Origin: a virus
Strand: one strand, 5' to 3'
Virus record (IMG/VR): IMGVR_UViG_3300032373_000004
Location: 6,109-70,108 of that record
Length of the DNA: 64,000 nucleotides
This document shows positions 18,625-30,295 of this stretch, piece after piece. Made by a program: the position numbers and the translations under genes. How positions within the stretch are numbered: position 1 is the stretch's first letter; each line of letters opens with the position of its first letter. Below the pieces are notes generated by a model. The model was not told the DNA's origin, ran no database searches, and saw nothing but the letters and a program-made list of their open reading frames with translations.

Positions 18625-19101
18625 TTACTCATTATTCTTCAATATTAATTTAATAGTTTCATCACATTCTTTCCTATTTTGAGGTTTATATATTATTGTA
18701 TTTATTGACTCTCTATGGATTAAATATTTAAACATTTTCCATTTCATAGGGAAAGATTCATTAGCATATCCTTTTGTTTCAATTATAAAGTTCTCACCTA
18801 CGAAATCTGGAGTGTATGTTATAGGTAATACTATTTTTTCACCTCTATTTTTAAACTCTCCTTTACTATTGGATTGTCTTTCATAACTCTTACTTTCAAA
18901 TTTAAACTTTGGTTGAATTACATATTTAGTAGGTTCATATTGAAATTCTATTTTGTTCTCATATAATACTTGAGCCATGTATTTCTCTAAACCACTTTTG
19001 TAATCTATACCTCGATATGTATATTTTTTAGCTTTGGATAAACTAGTTCCTTTTTTACGTTTATATTTTCTAAATGCCATCTTCAAATACAGCAGATTCA
19101 T
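18625..19101 (-). CDS. hypothetical protein (158 aa)
   Basis: ORF in minus-strand gene train. Confidence 0.45.
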   Translation of the reverse strand: MNLLYLKMAFRKYKRKKGTSLSKAKKYTYRGIDYKSGLEKYMAQVLYENKIEFQYEPTKYVIQPKFKFESKSYERQSNSKGEFKNRGEKIVLPITYTPDFVGENFIIETKGYANESFPMKWKMFKYLIHRESINTIIYKPQNRKECDETIKLILKNNE

Positions 19102-19384
19102 CTGCCTGTCTTAATAATTTAGAGAATACATCTACAAACTTCTCATTACTAGATAGCTCTCTTTCATTCATCATATCTAATATAGAATGTGTTCTTTCAT
19201 GATAAAAAGTATCTAATATTCTATCTTCACTTAATTCATCTATTCCCTGAGTAGTACTCAAAGTTATTTCAGTTTTAGCATAGTCTGATAAACCATAATT
19301 TTGTCTATCATTCATCCTTTCGTTGTTAAAAACTACATTTACGGTAGTTCCAAAAAGCCTAAAACTTTTAGGTATTTTTTTCAT
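19070..19384 (-). CDS. hypothetical protein (104 aa)
   Basis: ORF 3 nt upstream of the polymerase gene end. Confidence 0.45.
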   Translation of the reverse strand: MKKIPKSFRLFGTTVNVVFNNERMNDRQNYGLSDYAKTEITLSTTQGIDELSEDRILDTFYHERTHSILDMMNERELSSNEKFVDVFSKLLRQADESAVFEDGI

Positions 19385-19387
19385 ATA

Positions 19388-21442
19388 TTATCTAGGTGTT
19401 ACTTCACCATACTTTTCAATCAACCAGTCTTTACCATAAAGTTCTAATTGTCTAACAGTAGGTTTTTTATTAATACAATACTTCAAGAATTTTTCTTCTT
19501 GAGCTTCTCTTTTAGCTTTTTCTTTAGCTTCTTTCTTAGCTATCATTAAACGTTCTTCTGTACCATCAATTTTATGAATTATTTTATAACATTCCTTAAT
19601 GTAATAATCATAATCAATATTATAATCAAGTATAGAATCTTTCTTTTCAAACGTATTGAAAATAGTAACTAATGTTCCACCAGCTTCTATTTCAATAACT
19701 CTTTCATCTTTTAATTTTCTAAAAATCTCACCATCTGTAGATACAAAATATCTATTAGTTTTCTGACGTTGGGTTATTCCCCAATCCTCTTCTCCTTCAA
19801 TATTAGAAGAATTAGCTGTTTCACAAGTCCATCCATGAGTAGCATTAAACGTTTTACAAAACTCATAAATATCATCACATTCCATAATTGTCTCCTCAAC
19901 AGGTTTATCTTCTAAAAAATATTTAGCAATTGCCTCTGGTACAATCATTTGTGATAGTGATTTATGATATTCTCCTTCATCCATCATCTCAGAATAAATT
20001 CTCAATGCTCCTTTATATTTTAACTTACCATCAACTCCTTGAGCAATGTAAGAATTAACATCTCGAATAATCATTTGATTATAAGCTTGATATTCCAATA
20101 CTAAATCGGTCTTCTTTTCCCAAGCTAAACATTGGTTATAAAAATTACGTTTTTCAGTTTTAGGTATGATAGCTGTTAAACCATCTGTATTAATCTGTAA
20201 CATTGTCATATCATCAACATTAGTCATTAACATTTCAGATAACATTACTAATGATAGTTGACCAGCTAATGTGGTTTTCAACGTATAAAGTGGGTCATAT
20301 AACCAGCTATATTCAGAATTAGATTTACCATACACAGAATTTAATGAAAGTTTAAACCCTGTATTCATAACCTTATCACCATTCTTTTTAGCTTCTAAAC
20401 GAGGTTTTAATAAACCATTCTCATATACATCTAAAAACACTTCCCCTAAATGCTTAGGATATAAACCATTAACGATAGCTAAACTAGGGTATAATGATGC
20501 TACATCAACATCTACAATCATATGAGTATCTGTTTCTTTATATACTCCAGATTTAATACATCCATGAATACCTCCAGTTCCTAAATCAAATGTAAAACCT
20601 TCATATTCAAAACTATATTTAAAAGAACCTTTTATTTCATCTACTTCGATATCATTAAGATAATCTAATAAATCATTAAAATCTTTAGTCTCAAAATCAA
20701 TATAAGTAGGTACACATTCAGAAAATTTAAAATTATCCCTATGTGTTCTACGTTTTTTTACTTGAGAATAATTTTCACCAGTCTCATCACAATACAATTT
20801 AAGGGTTAATTCCTCCCCTATTTTTGAATCTGGATAGTTCATACATTTTAATCCATATCTTTCATATAAACCCTTCCTAAGCTCTATTTTAGGTATTGTT
20901 TTAAGGTAAAATTCTAATGTTGAATCTACATCATTTAAATTATAATCTAATATTTCTTGAACTTGTTCTTTAGTATTAATTGTATCATAATGTTTATACG
21001 GCATATCCTGAACATTATGATATCTAAAAGCTATTTGTAACTTTTTTAAAGATGTCATTCTTGCTCTATTATTATAATGCCATATTCTAAATAAATCAAG
21101 CTGAGGTATCTTAATATATTTATCTCGTATTCCTGACCATTCATCTTCAATAATCTCTTGAGCTTTAGTATATATTTCTTTAGCTATTTCATCACCTGTT
21201 GGATAACCATATTTCCATCTTTCTGCTGAATTTAGTATGAAATGTAAAACAGGGTAATCAAAACTAAGATTATTGAATCCGATAAGTCCTCTGACAGAGT
21301 TTAAATGAGCTAGAAATTCATCCAGCTCATTTATATCTTGCCATATCGTAAATTGAATCACTTCTTTTGAATCACGTTCCATTGCTGTATACGTGAAACA
21401 ATTAGATAATGTTTCAACATCATAGACCCATACCTTATCCAT
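19388..21442 (-). CDS. family B DNA polymerase with 3'-5' exonuclease domain (compact, 684 aa)
   Basis: Exo I YDVETLSN, Exo II NNLSFDYPVL, Exo III YNLNDVDS; PolB motif A DVASLYPSLA, motif B KLSLNSVYGKS, motif C QINTDGL. Confidence 0.85.
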   Translation of the reverse strand: MDKVWVYDVETLSNCFTYTAMERDSKEVIQFTIWQDINELDEFLAHLNSVRGLIGFNNLSFDYPVLHFILNSAERWKYGYPTGDEIAKEIYTKAQEIIEDEWSGIRDKYIKIPQLDLFRIWHYNNRARMTSLKKLQIAFRYHNVQDMPYKHYDTINTKEQVQEILDYNLNDVDSTLEFYLKTIPKIELRKGLYERYGLKCMNYPDSKIGEELTLKLYCDETGENYSQVKKRRTHRDNFKFSECVPTYIDFETKDFNDLLDYLNDIEVDEIKGSFKYSFEYEGFTFDLGTGGIHGCIKSGVYKETDTHMIVDVDVASLYPSLAIVNGLYPKHLGEVFLDVYENGLLKPRLEAKKNGDKVMNTGFKLSLNSVYGKSNSEYSWLYDPLYTLKTTLAGQLSLVMLSEMLMTNVDDMTMLQINTDGLTAIIPKTEKRNFYNQCLAWEKKTDLVLEYQAYNQMIIRDVNSYIAQGVDGKLKYKGALRIYSEMMDEGEYHKSLSQMIVPEAIAKYFLEDKPVEETIMECDDIYEFCKTFNATHGWTCETANSSNIEGEEDWGITQRQKTNRYFVSTDGEIFRKLKDERVIEIEAGGTLVTIFNTFEKKDSILDYNIDYDYYIKECYKIIHKIDGTEERLMIAKKEAKEKAKREAQEEKFLKYCINKKPTVRQLELYGKDWLIEKYGEVTPR

Positions 21443-21443
21443 A

Positions 21444-21815
21444 TTAAAATTTCTTACCTCCTTCTTTCTCTCTATTCTTCGCTTTATGGTCTGCTCTATT
21501 ACGATTATACTGTATTTTTTCTACAATAGCTCCACCAATATCATATCCCCATCTACCACAATAGTCCATAATTCTAATTACAGCATCTGCCATTTCAACT
21601 TCTGCCATAGGTCTATGAGGTAAATGTTCATCCTGTAAGCCTTTTCTCTCACCTTCAAGGGCTTCTGAAATCTCACTATGTATTAATGAAATCATTTCTC
21701 CTTTATTTCTATCTTTAAGTTCTCCAGTAGTAGGGTCAGTATGCCAACCTCCATTTAAAGATTCTTGATAACAAATATCTCTTAACGTATTAATTCCTAT
21801 AATATCTTGCTTCAT
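21444..21815 (-). CDS. MazG-like nucleoside triphosphate pyrophosphohydrolase
   Basis: Glu-rich helices IHSEISEALEGE and EVEMADAVIRIMDY typical of the all-alpha NTP-PPase fold. Confidence 0.5.
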   Translation of the reverse strand: MKQDIIGINTLRDICYQESLNGGWHTDPTTGELKDRNKGEMISLIHSEISEALEGERKGLQDEHLPHRPMAEVEMADAVIRIMDYCGRWGYDIGGAIVEKIQYNRNRADHKAKNREKEGGKKF

Positions 21816-21822
21816 GTTTAAT

Positions 21823-23379
<1,557 letters not shown>

Positions 23380-23385
23380 TTATTT

Positions 23386-25287
23386 TTATTTAATTGGACA
23401 TCCTCCTAAACCACAAGCACCTAACTCTTCAATATCTTCTTCATTTATTTCAATAGATGTTATAGGTTTTGTTAATTTTGTTAAATATTCATATTGTTCT
23501 TTACTAATTTCTTCAAAAGGTAATTGTTTAAATCCACTAGCACCTTGTTTTAATAAAAAACTCAATGTTTTAAAATTAGTACCGAAATTATCTTCAATAT
23601 ATTTCTTTAATTCTGGTAAATCTTCTTTCTCATAATATGCTGTAACAGATACTGAGTTATCAGACCAATTCTTTTGCATAAATTGAACTGTATCTAATTG
23701 TTCAAATACAGTCATATCATCTGCTGAAATTGTTCCATCAGGATATTTACAAGGAAATTCAACAACATAAGTTGTTCTATCTAAAGACCCATCAAAATTC
23801 TCTTGAAATTCAACATGATACCCATGAGATTTACAAACTTCTACTAATGGTGATTCTGCTGATATCCTTATCCTACGAATATAATATTGACCTGCTGTAG
23901 CTGGGTGTACACCTGATGTAACACCTGCTAATAATGACAAAGTACCTGATGGTTTCACTGTAGTAAGTTTAATACTCTCAGGGAATCCCATATTCTTAGA
24001 ATATTCTTTATCATAAGCTCTTAAATATTTATACCCTCCGTCTAACCAGCTCAATTGTTCTTCTGATGACATCATAACTCCAGTAATTCCTATACCCATA
24101 CGCATATTAGCATTAACAATTTCTTGAGTCTCTTTATGATGAGATTTCAAAGATAATGAATGTTTGTTTACCCTATACAATATTGTTATTACTTTTATAA
24201 ATTCTTCATAACTAGTAATATTAGGTAAATAAACTTCTGCTAAACAGCAAGTTTCATGATTAGCTAATGATTGTTCAGCACAAGGGTTATAACCTTCTAC
24301 ATCTGGGTCTGGATATTCTGTTTCACCAGTACGACCTTCTTTCTTAGATAACTCAACATTAACTAAACCATAAGGCTCACCCTGCTCATAAGTTTCCCAA
24401 AACTCTTGTGGTAACAATTTAGCATCAGACACATCTACAGAATTATTTGACATATTTCTCCAATTCGGAATATTACCTAAATCCCATCTTTTAGCTTTAA
24501 GATATTCCAAATCATCATAATCACCAATAGCTATTTGAGCTGAACGTCTTACGTTACCAGCTACCACTATCATACCTAGAATATTCATTATATCTAAAGC
24601 ATCTATAGGTCTTATTTGCTTACCTCTTCGATTATTTAATATATCACTAATCAATCCTACTCCTTCAACTAATATAGCTGCTCCAGAAGCTGTTCCACCA
24701 AAACCTTTAATTGGTTCACCAGCTCCTCTAATTAACTGAGTACTATATGTAAATCCTTCACCTCCATAAAAATGAGCTTTAAGAACTTTACCTAATAATT
24801 TAACCCAACCCTCTCTAGTATCTGGAACTATATAATCGGACTGTTTATCATCAACTCTTTCAATTTTTACTTTTTTTCGAACTACTTTAGGTAATTTATA
24901 AATATGCTCTCTTTTAATTGAAAACCCTACTCCAGAACCTAACATTAACATATCCATAGCCCACGTAAATGGTCTAATAGGTTCATCAATTACTACAAAA
25001 GCACAATTTTGTAGAGAAGGTAACCCTAATTGGTCAACTGTTTTCGTACCTAATTGCCACATGAATCTACCTGCTACAGAACCTTTCATATCATGTCTCA
25101 TATCACGATAAAACTCTTTTTCTTTTTCAGTTAAATCTAATTTTAATTGTTTATCAATACCATATAATTCTCTTTCTACAGTATCACTAAATGTTTCCTT
25201 AGAGCCATCTTTTTTAAATCTTGAATACGTTCTAGCAAATGTAACATACCCTAATTCACCCCATTTTACTTCTCTATCCTCTATCAT
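23386..25287 (-). CDS. ribonucleotide reductase catalytic subunit (class II-like)
   Basis: Active-site YNPCAEQSL (NPC[GA]E) motif, C-terminal Cys-rich tail GACGLGGCPIK; 633 aa with no separate small subunit nearby. Confidence 0.7.
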   Translation of the reverse strand: MIEDREVKWGELGYVTFARTYSRFKKDGSKETFSDTVERELYGIDKQLKLDLTEKEKEFYRDMRHDMKGSVAGRFMWQLGTKTVDQLGLPSLQNCAFVVIDEPIRPFTWAMDMLMLGSGVGFSIKREHIYKLPKVVRKKVKIERVDDKQSDYIVPDTREGWVKLLGKVLKAHFYGGEGFTYSTQLIRGAGEPIKGFGGTASGAAILVEGVGLISDILNNRRGKQIRPIDALDIMNILGMIVVAGNVRRSAQIAIGDYDDLEYLKAKRWDLGNIPNWRNMSNNSVDVSDAKLLPQEFWETYEQGEPYGLVNVELSKKEGRTGETEYPDPDVEGYNPCAEQSLANHETCCLAEVYLPNITSYEEFIKVITILYRVNKHSLSLKSHHKETQEIVNANMRMGIGITGVMMSSEEQLSWLDGGYKYLRAYDKEYSKNMGFPESIKLTTVKPSGTLSLLAGVTSGVHPATAGQYYIRRIRISAESPLVEVCKSHGYHVEFQENFDGSLDRTTYVVEFPCKYPDGTISADDMTVFEQLDTVQFMQKNWSDNSVSVTAYYEKEDLPELKKYIEDNFGTNFKTLSFLLKQGASGFKQLPFEEISKEQYEYLTKLTKPITSIEINEEDIEELGACGLGGCPIK

Positions 25288-25478
25288 ATCACTATATCAT
25301 TTTTGAATTCAGATAATTCTTTTAAAGCATTTTCTCCTATAAATAAAGATGCCGTGTGGTTTTTACCGATACCTATAATAATCTCATAAGTTTTTTCTGA
25401 AAAACTAACACTAGTAATTCCTGATGTTAGTTCAGTATTTGCAGGGATTATGATTTCCCTCTTTAATGTTTTACTCAT
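25284..25478 (-). CDS. hypothetical small protein
   Basis: 64-aa ORF overlapping the RNR start by 4 nt. Confidence 0.4.
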   Translation of the reverse strand: MSKTLKREIIIPANTELTSGITSVSFSEKTYEIIIGIGKNHTASLFIGENALKELSEFKNDIVI

Positions 25479-26330
25479 TTATAATATCTCTTTTAAATTT
25501 TTAATTCTTTTAAATCCTACATTGTATCTTTGATTATGAGGAGCATCCATTAAGAAGCAGCAAATACCTGCATCATTTAATTGTTTAAAATTATGAAACG
25601 CATCATCTACAAAAATATCTATACCTTCTCTTTTAGCAATGTCTACTTTAGTATTACCTACACCTACTGTGTACACTGGTCTAGCAGGGAATCCGTGCAT
25701 ATCTAACCATTTTTCACTAATTTGACTGTCTACAGGTCTTGATGTAATGTAACAATGAGGTTCAAACGGTATGTCTTCTGGTTTAATTAAAGGTTTTAAA
25801 CCAAGATAAAAAATATCTAACTTACCTTCTTCTTTCATTGTATCAAATTTATTTAATATTTCTCTATCGAAATACCAACTAGCAGGTCTATCTCCTTCTG
25901 ACCAATCGCCTATCCAATCACATAATACCTCATCAATATCTAAAGCTATTTTAGGCTGTTTCAGGTAACTATGAGGTCTATCATCTCCTTGAGGATATAT
26001 TTTATAATAAGCTGTAAGGAAATGTGCATTACAAGCTATATGAGCTGCGTGTAACTCCCCTGTTTCTGGGTCGTAATCTTCACCACTCTCTACAGCATTT
26101 AAGTGACGTTTAAGTGATGCTATGACATTACTCCAAGCCATACCTCTTTCCCAATTACGGTCTTTGTATTTAATTGCTCCAGCAGTTAATACGTTAACCA
26201 TTTGTTCATGTGACCACGGATGAACCAAATCAAATCTGGCTTTTCCTTGGTTAAACCTCAGTCCTTTATGCTTAGATTGTTCTTGGTCTACTTTATCTAA
26301 AATTTCATCTCTAGTCTCTATTGTCTTCAT
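25479..26330 (-). CDS. fusion of a dATP/dGTP pyrophosphohydrolase-like N-domain with a 5'(3')-deoxyribonucleotidase (HAD/NT5C)
   Basis: HAD motif I IALDIDEVL (DxDxV) in C-half; N-half all-alpha with conserved W/H/E residues. Confidence 0.55.
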   Translation of the reverse strand: MKTIETRDEILDKVDQEQSKHKGLRFNQGKARFDLVHPWSHEQMVNVLTAGAIKYKDRNWERGMAWSNVIASLKRHLNAVESGEDYDPETGELHAAHIACNAHFLTAYYKIYPQGDDRPHSYLKQPKIALDIDEVLCDWIGDWSEGDRPASWYFDREILNKFDTMKEEGKLDIFYLGLKPLIKPEDIPFEPHCYITSRPVDSQISEKWLDMHGFPARPVYTVGVGNTKVDIAKREGIDIFVDDAFHNFKQLNDAGICCFLMDAPHNQRYNVGFKRIKNLKEIL

Positions 26331-26344
26331 GATTTATTTCTTAA

Positions 26345-28237
26345 TTATCCAAAAGCCTCTTCGGCTGTCATTCTTTTTAACTTTGCTCTAACCCCCATTT
26401 TAGACACCATCGCCTTATACATAGGATTATCACCATTACTATCCCAATACCCTAAAAAACCATCTCTGGTCTCATAGATTAATTCACTCCACTCACCATT
26501 TGAGTGTACTTTCCCACCAGTTTCAATTTCTTTAATCTTCTCAACAACGACCTGCATTGTTCTTCTAACATCAGAATCTTCATGATTCACAATCCTATGG
26601 AAAACAAAGAAATCATCAACACGATATGGAAAATCAGCTCCTCCTTGAATACTATATTTAGAAGGTGGTTTCAAATAACCTGTCAAGTCTTTATTTTCTC
26701 TAGGTGCTTGTGATGACGGATGAGCCATAACGTACACAGAACAATAAGTTTCTGAAAAAACCCTCATTTTAGATAACATTTCATTATTAAAACTATAACC
26801 ATTACCAGTAACCTTAAAGAAATTGTAAGGGTCAATTAATAAAGCATCAATACCATATTTCTCATACAAACGTTTACCCATCTCAAGAACTTCATCTATC
26901 GAATAATGTTTTTTATTAGACATTATCTTAAAATTCTCTCTCGATTCTTTTTTATATTTGTCAAATAATATCTCATTATTTTTATAATATTTAATAGGTT
27001 TACCATATTTTAATTCAATCAACCTACGTCTAGTCATACCTGTTTTGTTTTCTGGAGCAATTATTCCCCATTTCCAATCATGTAATGTTTCTGTAGCTGC
27101 TACCATTGATAACATACCTAAAGACTTTCCTACACCATCATAACCAAGTCCTATATTCAATGAATTTGCTTTAGCTAATATATAATCATCTAAATCTCTC
27201 CACCCAAATGTTAATCCTTGAGGTACTTCATCTTTACGAACCTGTTCTAAATATGTGTTTTCTTCAACATCATCAGATAAAAATGATAGTGATTCTAAAC
27301 TTTCCTCCCAATCTTGTTCATCCTGTTCAACTTTAGTTTTATCTTCATCATTTTTATCACCATATCCATCCTCATATAATTTAGCATACGCAATATCATA
27401 ACGACCCTCACATTCTAATTCAGCAAATATAGCGTGATTATTATAAGCCCTTTCTAATTCAAAAGTATTTTGAGAAGTAGAGAATACAAAGAAAAATTTA
27501 CCATCTTTATTATAACCTCCTGATATACCGTCTTTTACACTTTTCTCAGGTCTTGTTAAATTTACCCATACAGAATCTTCCGAGTGTTTTGTCCATCCAT
27601 TCTTATAAAGAATATCTAAACCTATATCTAAATCATTGTTATAATCAGGGAATTTTTTAAGATATTTATTATCCTCTGCCGTAGCTCTTTTACGTGCTTC
27701 TTTAATTAAAGTAGCATTAAGCATTTTAGCAGATATAAATAATTGTAATCTTTCTTTCGGTTGTAAAATAGGTATTTTATCAAAAGAACCCTGTAGTAAT
27801 TTATATCCTTTTGATGGAGCACATTTAATATATCCTCCCTCACCTCTTGTCTCAATAATTGCTAATCCTTCACTATTCTTAGCTAATTTACGTGATGAAG
27901 ATACATCTTCACATCTATAAATCATATGAAATCCACCAGAAATTGTTTGTTGAACGATAACTTTATTAAGTATGTCAATAGGTACTTTTGATTTGAATAT
28001 TTTCATAATCAATTTAGGGTCTTCTGCATTCTTTAAATCGAAATCAATCGCTTCTAAACCTCCAGATATAATACCAGTACTAATACCAATATTATCAAAA
28101 TCATACTCTAATACCTCATCTTCTTGTATCAACAAAGAGCTATGTTTTTCTCGTAGAGGTGTTTTATCATCTGCTACAGGAACAGGGTTTAACCCATAAG
28201 AAAGATATTCTAATGCTTTATTTTGAAATCCTTGCAT
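26345..28237 (-). CDS. primase-helicase: archaeo-eukaryotic primase (PrimPol) domain plus P-loop NTPase
   Basis: AEP motifs AIDFDLKN (DxD) and SGGFHMIYR, then Walker A GYDGVGKS. Confidence 0.6.
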   Translation of the reverse strand: MQGFQNKALEYLSYGLNPVPVADDKTPLREKHSSLLIQEDEVLEYDFDNIGISTGIISGGLEAIDFDLKNAEDPKLIMKIFKSKVPIDILNKVIVQQTISGGFHMIYRCEDVSSSRKLAKNSEGLAIIETRGEGGYIKCAPSKGYKLLQGSFDKIPILQPKERLQLFISAKMLNATLIKEARKRATAEDNKYLKKFPDYNNDLDIGLDILYKNGWTKHSEDSVWVNLTRPEKSVKDGISGGYNKDGKFFFVFSTSQNTFELERAYNNHAIFAELECEGRYDIAYAKLYEDGYGDKNDEDKTKVEQDEQDWEESLESLSFLSDDVEENTYLEQVRKDEVPQGLTFGWRDLDDYILAKANSLNIGLGYDGVGKSLGMLSMVAATETLHDWKWGIIAPENKTGMTRRRLIELKYGKPIKYYKNNEILFDKYKKESRENFKIMSNKKHYSIDEVLEMGKRLYEKYGIDALLIDPYNFFKVTGNGYSFNNEMLSKMRVFSETYCSVYVMAHPSSQAPRENKDLTGYLKPPSKYSIQGGADFPYRVDDFFVFHRIVNHEDSDVRRTMQVVVEKIKEIETGGKVHSNGEWSELIYETRDGFLGYWDSNGDNPMYKAMVSKMGVRAKLKRMTAEEAFG

Positions 28238-28967
28238 ATTCTTTTTTAAGTTCTTTATTGATTAAAAAATCTTTTGATTGAGGTAATCCATTTTTCCAAT
28301 AATCTGGATAATAGACATTACCTTTAACTTCAACATAAAAATGCTCAAATCCTTTAGGAGCACCTTTAGATTGTTTTAATTTGTTCTCATCTTTAAACCA
28401 TACGTTTCTTAACGTAGCTTTCCAATCTCGAACTACTTTACCTCTACTATTTATCCATACATCACTACGACCTCTTTTATCGGCTTCATTTTGATAATAA
28501 TTAATAAAGTTTTCAGCATTAATATTATAACCTTGTTGTATACAATAGTCTAATACTTGTTTTTTAGACGGTTTTACGAATACTCTAGCTTTACTTAATG
28601 TATTTATACTAAGAGTGTCTAAAAAGTCTCTTAAATCAACTGGTAAAGCTTCTAAATCCTTAGTAATTTTTAATATTGTTGAATCACTTTTAGCTAACGT
28701 ATTAAAATGAGCTGGTACAACAAAATAAACATCACTATCATATTGTTTAACGTGCAAATAACCATCACTAATTAATTCTCTAGTACTAATTCTTATATCA
28801 TCTATAGTTAAATTTAACTGTGCTTGAGCAACAGGAAAATTAATTGATAACACCCCAACAGTATTAATGCTAGGGTGTGTTATCAAATAAATGTAAAACA
28901 ATTTTGAATTGTTAGTAAGATTATTAAACTTGTTATTTCCCCAAAGCTTACTAATCTTTACTGCCAT
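28218..28967 (-). CDS. hypothetical protein (249 aa), possible replication accessory
   Basis: ORF between primase and SSB-like gene. Confidence 0.45.
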   Translation of the reverse strand: MAVKISKLWGNNKFNNLTNNSKLFYIYLITHPSINTVGVLSINFPVAQAQLNLTIDDIRISTRELISDGYLHVKQYDSDVYFVVPAHFNTLAKSDSTILKITKDLEALPVDLRDFLDTLSINTLSKARVFVKPSKKQVLDYCIQQGYNINAENFINYYQNEADKRGRSDVWINSRGKVVRDWKATLRNVWFKDENKLKQSKGAPKGFEHFYVEVKGNVYYPDYWKNGLPQSKDFLINKELKKEYARISK

Positions 28968-29744
28968 TTAGAATGGTAAATCGTCTTTATCATCTGCATC
29001 TGGGTCAGTAGGTGGAGTAGGTACTGATTCAGTTACTTCTACTGTAGTTCCACTAACACCATCAAAATAAGACTGTAATTTCTCATCTTCTTCAACAGCT
29101 AATTCTGATTGTTCCTCTGTTAAATCTTCTACTTGAAACTCTAACACATAAAACCAGATAGGCTGTTTAGCACGAGGATTCTTCTTCAACTTAGCATCTA
29201 AAGCAGCTTCCTCTTTCTTAGTAACTAAGACATTAGCACCTTTTTCTCTCTTAGATAAACCTCCTTTACCAATTGTAATAGCATAATCATAAAAAGCATC
29301 ATTAGGATGTTCAGCAGCGAATTCAATCCAACTACCTAAAGCAACTCCAGTTAACTGAATATTAACCATCTCCATACCATCTCCTACATCAGCTAAACAA
29401 ATTAAATTTGTTGTAAATTTACCTCCAAAAGAAGATAAATCAGATTTAATATCCTGATATAAACCTTCTGCAAGAACATTTGGTTTACCATTATTAAAAG
29501 AAACAACTTTTAATTCTTCTTTAGTTGTATTAGCGACCATGTTTGACGAAACCCCTACACCTAAACCTTCATTAAATCCTGTAACAGATGCTCTTGTGTC
29601 TAAGACTATTACATCTATTGTTTCTAATTCTACATTTTCTTTAGCATCTTTATCCCAATACTTGAAAGTTCCTGTACTACCACTAAAAGAAATGTACTTT
29701 TGAATTGGTGATTTACTACCACCTCTTTTTTGAGTTCTACTCAT
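28968..29744 (-). CDS. putative ssDNA-binding protein (acidic C-terminal tail)
   Basis: C-terminus ..DPDADDKDDLPF resembles the SSB acidic tip DDDIPF; sits in replication module. Confidence 0.35.
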   Translation of the reverse strand: MSRTQKRGGSKSPIQKYISFSGSTGTFKYWDKDAKENVELETIDVIVLDTRASVTGFNEGLGVGVSSNMVANTTKEELKVVSFNNGKPNVLAEGLYQDIKSDLSSFGGKFTTNLICLADVGDGMEMVNIQLTGVALGSWIEFAAEHPNDAFYDYAITIGKGGLSKREKGANVLVTKKEEAALDAKLKKNPRAKQPIWFYVLEFQVEDLTEEQSELAVEEDEKLQSYFDGVSGTTVEVTESVPTPPTDPDADDKDDLPF

Positions 29745-29748
29745 AATT

Positions 29749-30282
29749 TTACTTGATTAAATATTTAACGTTATTTACAATTAAGTAATTAATTGTTCTA
29801 GGGTCAACTAAACGATTAGGGTTTCCTTTATCAATGTTCATATCAACAAACGACACTCTACCATTAACATCAGGGTTACCATAATGTCTTCCGACCATTA
29901 CACGCTCATCTCCTTTTAAATTAATTACACCTTTTACTTGTTTGGTAAAATCAGCTTGAGTCATTCCAATACCTAATTTACCATAAATAGTACTAATACT
30001 ATCTGTAACTTTCTTATTATCCAATTTTTTATTGAACATTACAGTCATGGCTACACGAGAATGTTGTAAGAAAATCTCAGCTAATTCTGTTTTTGTAACT
30101 TTTTTAACCTCATCATGTTGTGAAGCTGATGACAATGATTGATTGACATAATTATCATCTACAACCACCCTATTACCGTCACCATTGATAAGCTGTACTT
30201 TTTTTCCAACTATCTTTTCTACTTTGTAATATTGAGACTCACTTAAAATCTCACCTACTACTAACTTTTTAAATTCTGACAT
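29749..30282 (-). CDS. hypothetical protein (177 aa)
   Basis: ORF in operon-like train. Confidence 0.45.
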   Translation of the reverse strand: MSEFKKLVVGEILSESQYYKVEKIVGKKVQLINGDGNRVVVDDNYVNQSLSSASQHDEVKKVTKTELAEIFLQHSRVAMTVMFNKKLDNKKVTDSISTIYGKLGIGMTQADFTKQVKGVINLKGDERVMVGRHYGNPDVNGRVSFVDMNIDKGNPNRLVDPRTINYLIVNNVKYLIK

Positions 30283-30295
30283 ATTATTTATTAAA

